Below are positions 40,872-49,610 of a stretch of DNA of 64,000 nt, in pieces. The translations under genes and the position numbers were made by a program. The notes beneath the pieces were generated by a model, which saw only the letters and a list, made by a program, of their open reading frames with translations, made no database searches and was not told the DNA's origin. The first letter of the stretch is position 1, and each line of letters begins with the position of its first letter. This stretch comes from an uncultured Cytophagales bacterium (lineage in GTDB: Bacteria; Bacteroidota; Bacteroidia; Cytophagales; Cyclobacteriaceae), in contig CALOAV010000030.1 in NCBI GenBank assembly GCA_942491425.1, positions 50,934-114,933 of the forward strand, given 5' to 3'.

Positions 40872-41878
40872 GTCGTGTTGCGGTTGCTATTCTCAACTTC
40901 AACGGTGAAAAACTTCTGGCGCAGTTTTTACCTTCTGTCATTTCAAATTCAGCAGAAGCCAACATCTATGTAATCGATAATGGATCTACCGATAATTCTA
41001 TTGCGTTAATCCAAACCGATTTTCCAACGGTAAACCTTATTCAACTGGAAAAGAATTATGGGTTTTGTGGTGGCTATAATAGAGGTCTCGCCTCGCTCAC
41101 CGAGGAGTATTTCATCCTGCTAAATTCCGATGTTGAAGTAACACCCGGATGGATCGTTCCATTGGTAAGTCTGGCCGATGGGGACCCCCGGATTGCAGCC
41201 ATCCAGCCAAAAATTCTTTCCTATCTCCACAAAACCAAATTTGAATACGCGGGTGCCGGCGGTGGATTTATCGACACCCTTGGGTATCCATATTGTCGCG
41301 GACGCATTTTTGATTATGTCGAAGAAGATGAAGGACAATACAATGATGTCCGGGAGATATTTTGGGCGGCGGGAGCGTGTATGTTTGTCCGATCATCCTG
41401 TTATAAAAAATTAACTGGATTCGACGAGGATTTCTTTGCTCATATGGAAGAAATTGACCTCTGCTGGCGGCTAAACCGAAATGGTTATTCGGTTTATTAT
41501 ACCGGTGCAAGCACCGTATATCACCTGGGAGCGGGGACACTCAGCTATAATCATCCACGAAAAGTTTTTTTGAATTTCAAAAACGGACTGGCAATGCTCC
41601 TTAAAAACCTGAACGGAGGTGAGCTATGGTATAAAGTACCGGTTCGGATACTGTTAGACTGGCTGGCTGCGCTAAGTTTCCTTTTCAAAGGGCAGTTTAA
41701 AAATTCAATCGCTGTATTCAAGGCGCATATAAGTCTGATCAGCAGTTTTCCTTCCATTTGGAAGAAAAGAAAAACGTTATTGGCTCAATACCCCCACTAT
41801 TCACACGTAGCCATTCATCCGAATCTCATTGTTTTTGATTATTACCTGAGAGGGAAAAAAAGAATCAACCAGGATTAA
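40868..41878 (+). CDS. Family 2 glycosyltransferase
   Basis: N-terminal GT-A fold motifs VAILNFNGEKLL, IDNGSTDNS, DxD-like NSDVEV. Confidence 0.85.
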   Translation: MSRVAVAILNFNGEKLLAQFLPSVISNSAEANIYVIDNGSTDNSIALIQTDFPTVNLIQLEKNYGFCGGYNRGLASLTEEYFILLNSDVEVTPGWIVPLVSLADGDPRIAAIQPKILSYLHKTKFEYAGAGGGFIDTLGYPYCRGRIFDYVEEDEGQYNDVREIFWAAGACMFVRSSCYKKLTGFDEDFFAHMEEIDLCWRLNRNGYSVYYTGASTVYHLGAGTLSYNHPRKVFLNFKNGLAMLLKNLNGGELWYKVPVRILLDWLAALSFLFKGQFKNSIAVFKAHISLISSFPSIWKKRKTLLAQYPHYSHVAIHPNLIVFDYYLRGKKRINQD

Positions 41879-42099
41879 AAATCCCAGATGGTATGTCGGC
41901 GCATATGCTTGCGGATATTGATGATAAAGGCGAGCGCCAGATAAACCAAAATCGGGGATCCAAAGGTTAGAAATGATGCGTATATGAAAAATACGCGTAT
42001 ACTAGTTGTTGCCACACCTAACTTTTCACCCAGTTTGGTACAAACGCCAAATGCATACACCTCAAAAAAATCTTGAATCTTGTCTGTCAGGTTCTTCAT
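41875..42099 (-). CDS. PspC-domain-containing small membrane protein
   Basis: 74 aa; GVCTKLGEKLGV...IRVFFIYASFLTFGSPILVYLALAFI matches the PspC domain consensus. Confidence 0.7.
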   Translation of the reverse strand: MKNLTDKIQDFFEVYAFGVCTKLGEKLGVATTSIRVFFIYASFLTFGSPILVYLALAFIINIRKHMRRHTIWDF

Positions 42100-42247
42100 A
42101 AATCTCTCTTATCTATAATTTCGTCTTGAATTTGCGTTAACTCATCGACCAAATTACCGAAATACAAATATAATGGCTGGAAGCCCTTAAATTGAGGTCA
42201 ATAATCTTATTTTTTTGAGTATTATTGCAAAAAAAGCTATATAAAAG

Positions 42248-42255
42248 TAGTTTTG
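42248..42255 (+). promoter_or_regulatory. Candidate Bacteroidota sigma-A -7 element (TAnnTTTG) for the downstream lipoprotein gene
   Basis: tagttttg 34 nt upstream of the ATG at 42289; no well-spaced -33 TTTG seen. Confidence 0.3.
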
Positions 42256-42288
42256 CAACCTGTTTAAACCAACCAAAAATTAAATCCA

Positions 42289-44064
42289 ATGAGAAAAATT
42301 GTTTACTCATTTCTGATCATCGGTGCATTAAGCCTTGCGGGCTGTACTTTGCCCAAGATGGTGAAAATGGCCAAAGAGCAACAGTTAACCGTGACTCCTA
42401 ACCCACTAGAAGTTCATAAAGATACCGTTGCTTACGATGTAGCTGCTAACTTACCCGTTAAAATGTTGAAAAAGGGTACAGTTTACACCGTAAATTCATA
42501 CTACAAACACGGAGATAACGAGGTAGCTCTCGATCCTATTGTTTTTAAAGCTGAGGATTATCCGAATAGTACTACTGAGCAACCCAGAGTAACTCAAAGC
42601 TTCTCTTTTGCTTATTCTCCTGCTATGAAGTCAGGTATCCTTCAGGTTGAAGGTGTAGCTGCAAAAGGTGAGAAAACCAAAGTAACGCCACGTATGGACG
42701 TTGCAGTAGGGGTAATTACCACTTCCAAGCTGGTGAAGCCTGTCTATTATGCTGCATATGCAGAACACGGCTATAACAACCAGGAAGAGCTTGTTCCTGT
42801 TGTAATTCCGAATTTCATTTTCGATCAAGGTCGTTCTGTATTAAAAACTTCAGAGATCAGAAGCGAAAAAGGTAAAGAATTAGATGCATTTATTGCTTCA
42901 AAAAATGCAACACGTACGGTTACAATCACGGGTACTCACTCACCTGAAGGTGCGGAGCGTATCAACAGTAAATTAGCACAGGATCGTGCTGCCGCTATTG
43001 AGAAGTATTACCGTACTCAAATGAAAAAATATGACTACCAGGGAATGGCTGATTCCATCAATTTCATCCTGAAGCCTGTAGTTGATGACTGGACTGCCTT
43101 TAAAAATGCCCTTTCTGAGTATGAAGGAATCTCTTCAGAAGAGAAGTCTGAGTATATGAATATCATTAACAATGGAAGTGACTTTGAGTCACAGGAAAAA
43201 GCGCTTCGCAAGCTTTCTACCTACAGAAAAGTATTTAAGGACATCTACCCTGGCTTACGTACTGCTCAGACTGAGATCCTGACGGTGAAGGAGAAGAAAA
43301 CTGACGAAGAAATCTCTGTTTTAGCAAAGCAAATCACACAAGGACAGATGAAAGCAGATACCCTTTCATTTGAAGAAATGATGTATGCAGCTACGCTAAC
43401 CCCTTCTTTGGAAGAGAAAGCTGCTATCTACACTGCAGCTACTAAAAAAGGCTCTAACTGGAATGCACACAATAACTTAGGTGCTGTTTACATCGCACAG
43501 GCGATTGAAAACCCATCAAACGCAGCAGATTTAGCTGCAAAAGCAAAAGCACAATTAGACATCGCAGCCAGAATAAACGCAGCTCCTGAAGTACACGCTA
43601 ACCTGGCTTCTGTCGAGATGTTTGGTGGAAATGCATATGCTGCTTACAATCATGCAAACAAAGCCTTAGGTGCTGGTTTACGTGGTGAAAATGCTGCAGG
43701 TGTAAATGGCGTTAAAGGTGCTTCTGAGATCGTCATGGCTAAGTATAGCGATGCTGTCCGTTCTGAGTCTTCTGCTACCGATAATGCTGACAACCTTTTC
43801 AACAAAGGATTGGCCCAGGTATTAAACAAGGACTACCAAAATGCAATGACTTCTTTTAATGATGCTACCAGCAAAAACAGCCAGTTGGGGATTGCCTATT
43901 ACGGTGCTGCTGTTGCTGCTGCAAGACTTAAAAATGCAGATGCAGTGGTCAGCAACCTTACAAATGCTGTTAAAAACGATCCTTCTTTAAAAGAAGCTGC
44001 TTTGACTGATCTTGAATTTGCTAGCTATGCTGCAACAGAATCCTTCAGAAACGCTTTGAAATAA
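42289..44064 (+). CDS. Hypothetical lipoprotein with OmpA-like segment and C-terminal TPR-like helices
   Basis: Lipobox LSLAGC; HSPEGAERINSKLAQDRAAAIEKYY resembles an OmpA-C-like motif; Ala-rich helical C-terminus. Confidence 0.5.
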   Translation: MRKIVYSFLIIGALSLAGCTLPKMVKMAKEQQLTVTPNPLEVHKDTVAYDVAANLPVKMLKKGTVYTVNSYYKHGDNEVALDPIVFKAEDYPNSTTEQPRVTQSFSFAYSPAMKSGILQVEGVAAKGEKTKVTPRMDVAVGVITTSKLVKPVYYAAYAEHGYNNQEELVPVVIPNFIFDQGRSVLKTSEIRSEKGKELDAFIASKNATRTVTITGTHSPEGAERINSKLAQDRAAAIEKYYRTQMKKYDYQGMADSINFILKPVVDDWTAFKNALSEYEGISSEEKSEYMNIINNGSDFESQEKALRKLSTYRKVFKDIYPGLRTAQTEILTVKEKKTDEEISVLAKQITQGQMKADTLSFEEMMYAATLTPSLEEKAAIYTAATKKGSNWNAHNNLGAVYIAQAIENPSNAADLAAKAKAQLDIAARINAAPEVHANLASVEMFGGNAYAAYNHANKALGAGLRGENAAGVNGVKGASEIVMAKYSDAVRSESSATDNADNLFNKGLAQVLNKDYQNAMTSFNDATSKNSQLGIAYYGAAVAAARLKNADAVVSNLTNAVKNDPSLKEAALTDLEFASYAATESFRNALK

Positions 44065-44085
44065 GAACAAAACATTGGATTTATT

Positions 44086-44125
44086 AAAAAGCCCCCCGAT
44101 GTAATCGGGGGGCATTTTTTTGTTT
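44086..44125 (+). terminator. Rho-independent terminator (10-bp GC-rich stem gccccccgat/atcggggggc plus T7)
   Basis: Read directly after the stop at 44064. Confidence 0.85.
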
Positions 44126-44203
44126 GTAACTTAAGGTATTAAATACCATAATCTTTTGCCAAAACAACCTCAGATACTATTTTTACACACTTTTAATTCG
44201 CTT

Positions 44204-45181
44204 ATGAGAGAGATACAATTTAGAGAAGCCCTTCGCGAGGCGATGAATGAAGAAATGAGAAGAGATTCTAAAGTATTTCTCATGGGTGAAGAGGTTGCTG
44301 AATACAACGGTGCCTATAAGGTTAGCCAGGGCATGCTGGATGAATTCGGACCAGAACGAGTCCTGGATACACCAATCGCCGAGCTTGGATTTGCCGGAAT
44401 TGGTGTCGGTGCGGCCATGAATGGTCTTCGGCCCATTGTTGAATTCATGACTTTTAACTTCTCACTAGTAGCGATCGACCAGGTTATCAATGCGGCTGCT
44501 AAAATGATGTCCATGTCGGGCGGGCAATTCAATGTTCCCATTGTCTTCAGAGGCCCTACCGGAAATGCAGGAATGTTGAGTTCGCAGCACTCCCAAAATT
44601 TTGAAAACTGGTTTGCAAACTGTCCGGGTTTAAAGGTGGTAGTACCATTCACTCCTTACGATGCCAAAGGTCTATTAAAAACTGCTATTCGCGATAACGA
44701 TCCCGTGATTTTCATGGAATCAGAACTCATGTATGGTGATAAAGGTGAAGTACCTGAAGAAGAATATTTGATCCCTATTGGAGTTGCCGATATAAAACGT
44801 GCCGGTGATGATGTTACGATCGTTTCTTTTGGTAAGATTATGAAAGTTGCGTTGGAAGCAGCCGAGGAACTGGCGAAAGACGGTATTTCTGCCGAAGTTA
44901 TCGATTTACGTTCGGTCCGGCCAATCGATTATGAAACCGTAGTCGAATCTGTTAAAAAGACGAACCGTCTGGTGATCGTCGAAGAAGCCTGGCCACTCAG
45001 TTCAATTGCCACAGAAATTACTTACCATGTTCAGAAATATGCATTCGACTATCTGGATGCCCCGATCCAACGGGTCAACAGCTTTGACGTTCCGCTACCG
45101 TACGCCCCTACGCTAATTGATGCTATTCTTCCAAACGTGAAGAAAACATTAGCAGCCGTGAAGGCAGTCACCTACCGGTAA
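44204..45181 (+). CDS. pdhB: Pyruvate/2-oxoacid dehydrogenase E1 component beta subunit (transketolase-like)
   Basis: Typical E1-beta N-terminus MREIQFREALREAMNEEM; Pyr and transketolase C-terminal regions; ATG at 44204 preferred. Confidence 0.85.
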   Translation: MREIQFREALREAMNEEMRRDSKVFLMGEEVAEYNGAYKVSQGMLDEFGPERVLDTPIAELGFAGIGVGAAMNGLRPIVEFMTFNFSLVAIDQVINAAAKMMSMSGGQFNVPIVFRGPTGNAGMLSSQHSQNFENWFANCPGLKVVVPFTPYDAKGLLKTAIRDNDPVIFMESELMYGDKGEVPEEEYLIPIGVADIKRAGDDVTIVSFGKIMKVALEAAEELAKDGISAEVIDLRSVRPIDYETVVESVKKTNRLVIVEEAWPLSSIATEITYHVQKYAFDYLDAPIQRVNSFDVPLPYAPTLIDAILPNVKKTLAAVKAVTYR

Positions 45182-45201
45182 CGTTAACACCCTAAATAAC
45201 T

Positions 45202-45236
45202 AAACCACCCAGATCAGTTTGGGTGGTTTTTTTTGT
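45202..45236 (+). terminator. Rho-independent terminator
   Basis: aaaccacccagatcagtttgggtggttttttttg. Confidence 0.8.
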
Positions 45237-45590
45237 GCCCGCTGTAACCTCAGCGATACCATTTTCCGTATAAATAGTAAACCAACTGAAGAAAACCGAC
45301 TTAAATTTCGCTATCATTCATCTGGCAAAATATTTTTTCGAAAAGCCGGTTTCCTCTGTTATTAAAACGGAATATATCTCAGAAATCACTTCAATTTACT
45401 CCGATGTAAACTCGTACGCCCGTTAACATTAGCCACAAAGCATTCATTGCTTTCAATAATTATTAACAATAACCTTTTTTCAATCATGTAATTACTAGCC
45501 AATACTAGACTGGGATAAAACCGTCTATACGGCATGACATAAGGTCTTGCCAGTTGAATTATTTACTTACTAAACAACAAACAACCAAAA

Positions 45591-46862
45591 ATGGAAAACG
45601 TGAATTTTAATCGATTAAAAAACCTGGGATCTTTTATCCCGAAACAAACAATCATGGTATTGTTATCCACCATTCTGATTGTGGTACTCTTTATATTCGT
45701 CAATCCTTTTTCGTGGAATGATGCAGGAAACAGAACCGTTGTGGAGCGAACCAATGGACAACAAATTGTACAATTTGCTCCCGGGATTTTTTATGCCGGG
45801 TTCTTCGCGAAACAAAAAGAGTGGCCCAACCAGATTTCGGTAACGTATACAGAAGATGTTCCGAAGCTGGCATTGGAAGACAATGGCATTGAAGTTGGTC
45901 ATATTATGATTCGTTTTAGTGATGCTACTACCGCGAACGTAAAAGGAATTACCCAATTCATTTTACCCGGTGATGAGAAGGAAATGATTTTAATTCACAA
46001 CACCCACAGAAGCCCGCAATCATTAGTGGTGAAGCGGTTGGCTCCTTATACAAAAGAATGTCTTCAGTCTTCCGCCCAGTTGATGAGCAGTGAAAAGCAC
46101 TACGGTGGTGGACGTGCACAGATGGCACAGGACTTTATGGATCAGCTTAAAGATGGTGTTTACTTATTGAAAACTGAAGACATCATGGTTTTTGACTCGA
46201 TGGAAATGGAGAAGAAACGTGTTTACCGTACCGAGATTCAATATGAGAAAAGTACTTCTGCGCCTAAACGGAAATTATCCTCAATCAAAGAATACGGTAT
46301 CACCGTTGCCGATGCTGCTATCACCGATGTTGATTATGAAGATAAAGTAGATGAGAAACTGGTGAAGATTATTGATGCAGTTACGAAATCATCCATTTCA
46401 AAGCAGGAGTTGATGACGGCGCAGCAGCAAACATTAACCGCTAAAGCGAAAGGCGAGCAGGCACTTGTGGAGATTGAGTATCAGCAAAAACAGGATCAAA
46501 CCAAGCAGGTGGTGGAAGCCGAAACAAAAGTAAAAGTTGCCGAACAAGACAAACTGCAACAGAAGATTGCATACGAGGGTGCGATCCTTGAAGCAAAGAA
46601 GATAAAAGAACTTGCCGATGCACAAGCATATGCACGTTCCAAGATCATGAAAGCCGATGGTGCATTGGAGATGAAGCTGAAAGCGCAGATTGAAGTACAG
46701 AAAGTATGGGCAGAAGCGTTTGGTCGATATACGGGGGCGATTGTACCCCAGTTTCAAACAGGAGGCAGTCCTGCGACCAATGGTGCGCTGAACTTCATGG
46801 ACATTATGACGGCGAAGACGGCCAAAGATTTTGCGTTGGATATGCGAAATCAAAACAACTAA
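45591..46862 (+). CDS. SPFH/band-7 domain protein with C-terminal coiled coil
   Basis: N-terminal TM; GNRTVVERTNGQQIV...PGIFYAG fits the SPFH consensus; long charged coiled coil. Confidence 0.65.
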   Translation: MENVNFNRLKNLGSFIPKQTIMVLLSTILIVVLFIFVNPFSWNDAGNRTVVERTNGQQIVQFAPGIFYAGFFAKQKEWPNQISVTYTEDVPKLALEDNGIEVGHIMIRFSDATTANVKGITQFILPGDEKEMILIHNTHRSPQSLVVKRLAPYTKECLQSSAQLMSSEKHYGGGRAQMAQDFMDQLKDGVYLLKTEDIMVFDSMEMEKKRVYRTEIQYEKSTSAPKRKLSSIKEYGITVADAAITDVDYEDKVDEKLVKIIDAVTKSSISKQELMTAQQQTLTAKAKGEQALVEIEYQQKQDQTKQVVEAETKVKVAEQDKLQQKIAYEGAILEAKKIKELADAQAYARSKIMKADGALEMKLKAQIEVQKVWAEAFGRYTGAIVPQFQTGGSPATNGALNFMDIMTAKTAKDFALDMRNQNN

Positions 46863-46880
46863 CTACAACTAGTTCAAATC

Positions 46881-46914
46881 AAAAGAGCGGTACTTCTACC
46901 GCTCTTTTTTTTTA
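46881..46914 (+). terminator. Rho-independent terminator (agagcggta-cttc-taccgctct plus T9)
   Basis: Read directly. Confidence 0.85.
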
Positions 46915-47001
46915 CACAGCGGTAAACGGGGATGTTTAACATCTCTTTAACACAACTATCCTTCAAGATGGCGTAGTTTTACTTTCAAACCAGAAGATAT
47001 T

Positions 47002-47613
47002 ATGAGCCTAAACAAAATAAGTTTCGCATTCATTTGTTTTGCAACTCTCCCAATCACCCTAAACGCTCAAGACGAAAGCGAAAAAGAATCTGGATTTTTT
47101 TTAAAAACGGATACTACCTGGAGAAAAGAACTTTTTACATTCCCTTTGGGTTTTGCCCAGGAAATTCCCTACACAGGTCTGGAGGATGCACGATTTCCTG
47201 TTGGTTGGGAACATATAGAGAGCCCTAATTTTTGGTCGTACGCTTTTGCCTGGAGCATTGAAGACAAAAAGAGTGTTACGGAAAAAGAGTTGGAGATGAA
47301 TCTCAAACTATATTTCGACGGCCTGATGGAAATTACCTCGAATAGCAATAAAACTGATGTAACAACTACAACCGTAGGCATTCATCCGGAAGTAAACTCG
47401 AATGAGGTGAGGATGTTTAGCGGAAAGCTTACAACTTTTGATAGATTCTTTACCAAAAAGAAACTGACTCTAAATATTTTGGTGGAACACCATTACTGCC
47501 ATCAGAACAATAAATCCATTATTCTTTTTAGATTTTCACCAAAGGCATTTGATGATGCAGTCTGGCCAACCTTAAAAAGCGTAAAGCTTGAGCATGATGT
47601 TTGTGAATTGTAG
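47002..47613 (+). CDS. Hypothetical secreted protein
   Basis: Signal peptide MSLNKISFAFICFATLPITLNAQ; 203 aa; no recognised motifs. Confidence 0.5.
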   Translation: MSLNKISFAFICFATLPITLNAQDESEKESGFFLKTDTTWRKELFTFPLGFAQEIPYTGLEDARFPVGWEHIESPNFWSYAFAWSIEDKKSVTEKELEMNLKLYFDGLMEITSNSNKTDVTTTTVGIHPEVNSNEVRMFSGKLTTFDRFFTKKKLTLNILVEHHYCHQNNKSIILFRFSPKAFDDAVWPTLKSVKLEHDVCEL

Positions 47614-47643
47614 TACACCTAACTAAAAGTGGAAGATTGCGAA

Positions 47644-47757
47644 TCCCATAGTATTTCTTGCTTTGCTGTCATGAAGCGGGCAAGCACAAGCGGACGCTTG
47701 CGCTGTCATGAAGCGGGCAAGCACAAGCGGACGCTTGCGCTAGTGGGTATTTTCTAA
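47644..47757. repeat. Left direct repeat of a DR-flanked cassette (about 75-bp unit with an internal 39-bp tandem duplication)
   Basis: tcccatagtatttcttgctttgctgtcatga...gcacaagcggacgcttgcgctagtggg matches 48541-48608. Confidence 0.85.
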
Positions 47758-48013
47758 GGCTATCAAAACCAAAAAAACCTATGGGGCTCTGTTCATTATT
47801 TCCAGGTTATGTTTGATGTAAGCCATATCTAAATTATTATTTAAAATAATTCTAAATAAGTTGGGATTTAAGGGTTCTGATTTTTAGTTTTGATCCTTAT
47901 TTATAATCAATCTAAATAAAGAATGTATAAAAATCTTGCTCCCAGTACCATAAAAGTCCATTTACGTATCATAGTCCCTCTTCAATGGAGGTTAGGGGTC
48001 ATAAGCTTATAAG

Positions 48014-48571
48014 TTGATGATCGAGAATAAATTAAGGGCCATCCACCGCGACTTAGGGTATCTGTATGTCGGACTTATCGTTTCCTTTGCCTTTTCAGGA
48101 ATTCTAATGAACCATCGTCAGGCCTGGCACCCTGAAAAATACACCATTGAAACAAAGCGAATTGAAATTCAAAGATTTCAGGAATATGAATTTGTCATTA
48201 CAGATGAATTCGTAGATAACCTCGTTGATGAATTAATGATAGAGGATAAACTTAAGCGCCATCTGGTAAGGAATGGACAGTTACGGATGATGTTTGATAA
48301 TACGGAGGTGGAAATAGACACAAAAACAGGGCAAGGCGAAATCATTCATTTTATTAAGACCCCATTGATTAGTCATCTAATAAAATTGCACAAAAATACT
48401 TCTGTCTTTTGGATATACTATTCGGATATTTTTGGACTCTCACTGATTACCATTGCGATTACAGGCACGATGCTGTTTACCCGCGGGAAGTATACGTTTA
48501 GAAAGCGAGGATGGAAACTTGCACTGGCAGGGATTCTATTTCCCATAATATTTCTTGCCTTGTTGTCATGA
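48014..48571 (+). CDS. PepSY-associated TM-helix family membrane protein
   Basis: N-terminal LRAIHRDLGYLYVGLIVSFAFSGILMNHRQAW and a C-terminal TM helix; the last about 10 codons lie inside the right direct repeat. Confidence 0.55.
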   Translation: MMIENKLRAIHRDLGYLYVGLIVSFAFSGILMNHRQAWHPEKYTIETKRIEIQRFQEYEFVITDEFVDNLVDELMIEDKLKRHLVRNGQLRMMFDNTEVEIDTKTGQGEIIHFIKTPLISHLIKLHKNTSVFWIYYSDIFGLSLITIAITGTMLFTRGKYTFRKRGWKLALAGILFPIIFLALLS

Positions 48572-48608
48572 CATGGAAAAGCACAAGCGGACGCTTGCGC
48601 TAGTGGGG
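48541..48608. repeat. Right direct repeat of the DR-flanked cassette
   Basis: About 70 nt nearly identical to 47644-47757 (single-copy version). Confidence 0.85.
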
Positions 48609-48709
48609 GAAACTCCGCTTTTTTTGATCCTGTTTTGCGAAATCAGGACATCCAGGGCATTTGGTTTTAATTGCTAAGCCGATTAATTTCGTAGACCTCA
48701 AATCAAAAA

Positions 48710-48782
48710 GCGGGAGTAGCTCAGTTGGTAGAGCGGCAGCTTCCCAAGCTGCAGGTCGCGAGTTCGAGACTCGTTTCCCGCT
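48710..48782 (+). tRNA. tRNA-Gly (anticodon CCC)
   Basis: Manual cloverleaf: acceptor GCGGGAG/TTCCCGC; D-arm GCTC/GAGC; anticodon stem GCAGC/GCTGC with loop TTCCCAA; T-arm GCGAG-TTCGAGA-CTCGT; discriminator U73; no encoded CCA. Confidence 0.85.
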
Positions 48783-48909
48783 CATGTTCGCTGTTTATGA
48801 AACAGCTTTAAATACCTTTCAACCTTGCGCATGATGTCCACAATTAAGGCATTTACAATGACTTATTATTGTTGATACCGGAGTCAAGAAAGATTGGAGA
48901 TTTTAACCG

Positions 48910-49494
48910 CTACCCTCCCTTAATCTGGACTAGCACCAACTCGCATCGTTCAATTCCTTTTATTGTGAACACAATCTTGCAGCTATTTTCCATTACTGCC
49001 ACATCGCCAGGACCCACAGTATTATGAGTTTTATTGATGGTGATGTCTGCGCTTCCAGCATACATGTAAATAAAATACCAATCGGTTTGATCATCAATTT
49101 CGATCTGATCCTGCTGTTCATTTTCTATAACGATGGCACGAACTACACCGGATACTTTTCCGCGTGTCATTAGATTGAAATCCGTGCAGGTGCCTTTGCA
49201 TGTTGTATTCCAATCTCCTTTAAAATGATCAGCACCAAATTTTTTAAGGAGCACCACATGCTGATCAGAGTGTGAAAGTGTAACTTCACCATCCAATACC
49301 ACCAGTGTACGTGAAACACCTGGTAATCTGGTGAATTCAGATGAATCTGCTTCAACGTCAGCCGTACTGAGTCGAAAAAGAAAATCGCGATGTTGATAAG
49401 TTGAACCTTTTGGAAAAATGAAAAGTTCAGTCGTTGAACCTCCAGACCAACGCGTAGTCTTAAAATCTTTAGCAGAGAGAATCGAAAACTCCAT
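48910..49494 (-). CDS. hutD: HutD/Ves-family protein
   Basis: 194 aa; N-terminal ...TTRWSGGSTTELFIFP matches the HutD (PF05962) W.nGgG.T.E signature. Confidence 0.65.
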   Translation of the reverse strand: MEFSILSAKDFKTTRWSGGSTTELFIFPKGSTYQHRDFLFRLSTADVEADSSEFTRLPGVSRTLVVLDGEVTLSHSDQHVVLLKKFGADHFKGDWNTTCKGTCTDFNLMTRGKVSGVVRAIVIENEQQDQIEIDDQTDWYFIYMYAGSADITINKTHNTVGPGDVAVMENSCKIVFTIKGIERCELVLVQIKGG

Positions 49495-49576
49495 TTTCTT
49501 AATTTACTTCTATAGTACAACAAGCATATTAAGTATCCTTAGCTATCTCTAAATAAGTTTTCATGAACATAGCACG

Positions 49577-49606
49577 TAAAAGAGCGAAGGAAACTCCGCT
49601 CTTTTG
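49577..49606 (-). terminator. Rho-independent terminator for the permease-M1 gene
   Basis: aaaagagcgaaggaaactccgctctttt; stem agagcg/cgctct with flanking A-run and T-run. Confidence 0.5.
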
Positions 49607-49610
49607 TAAA

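Noticed and set aside
48600-48785. 61-aa minus-strand ORF
   Set aside because: It overlaps the tRNA-Gly gene and the right direct repeat. The tRNA cloverleaf is unambiguous.
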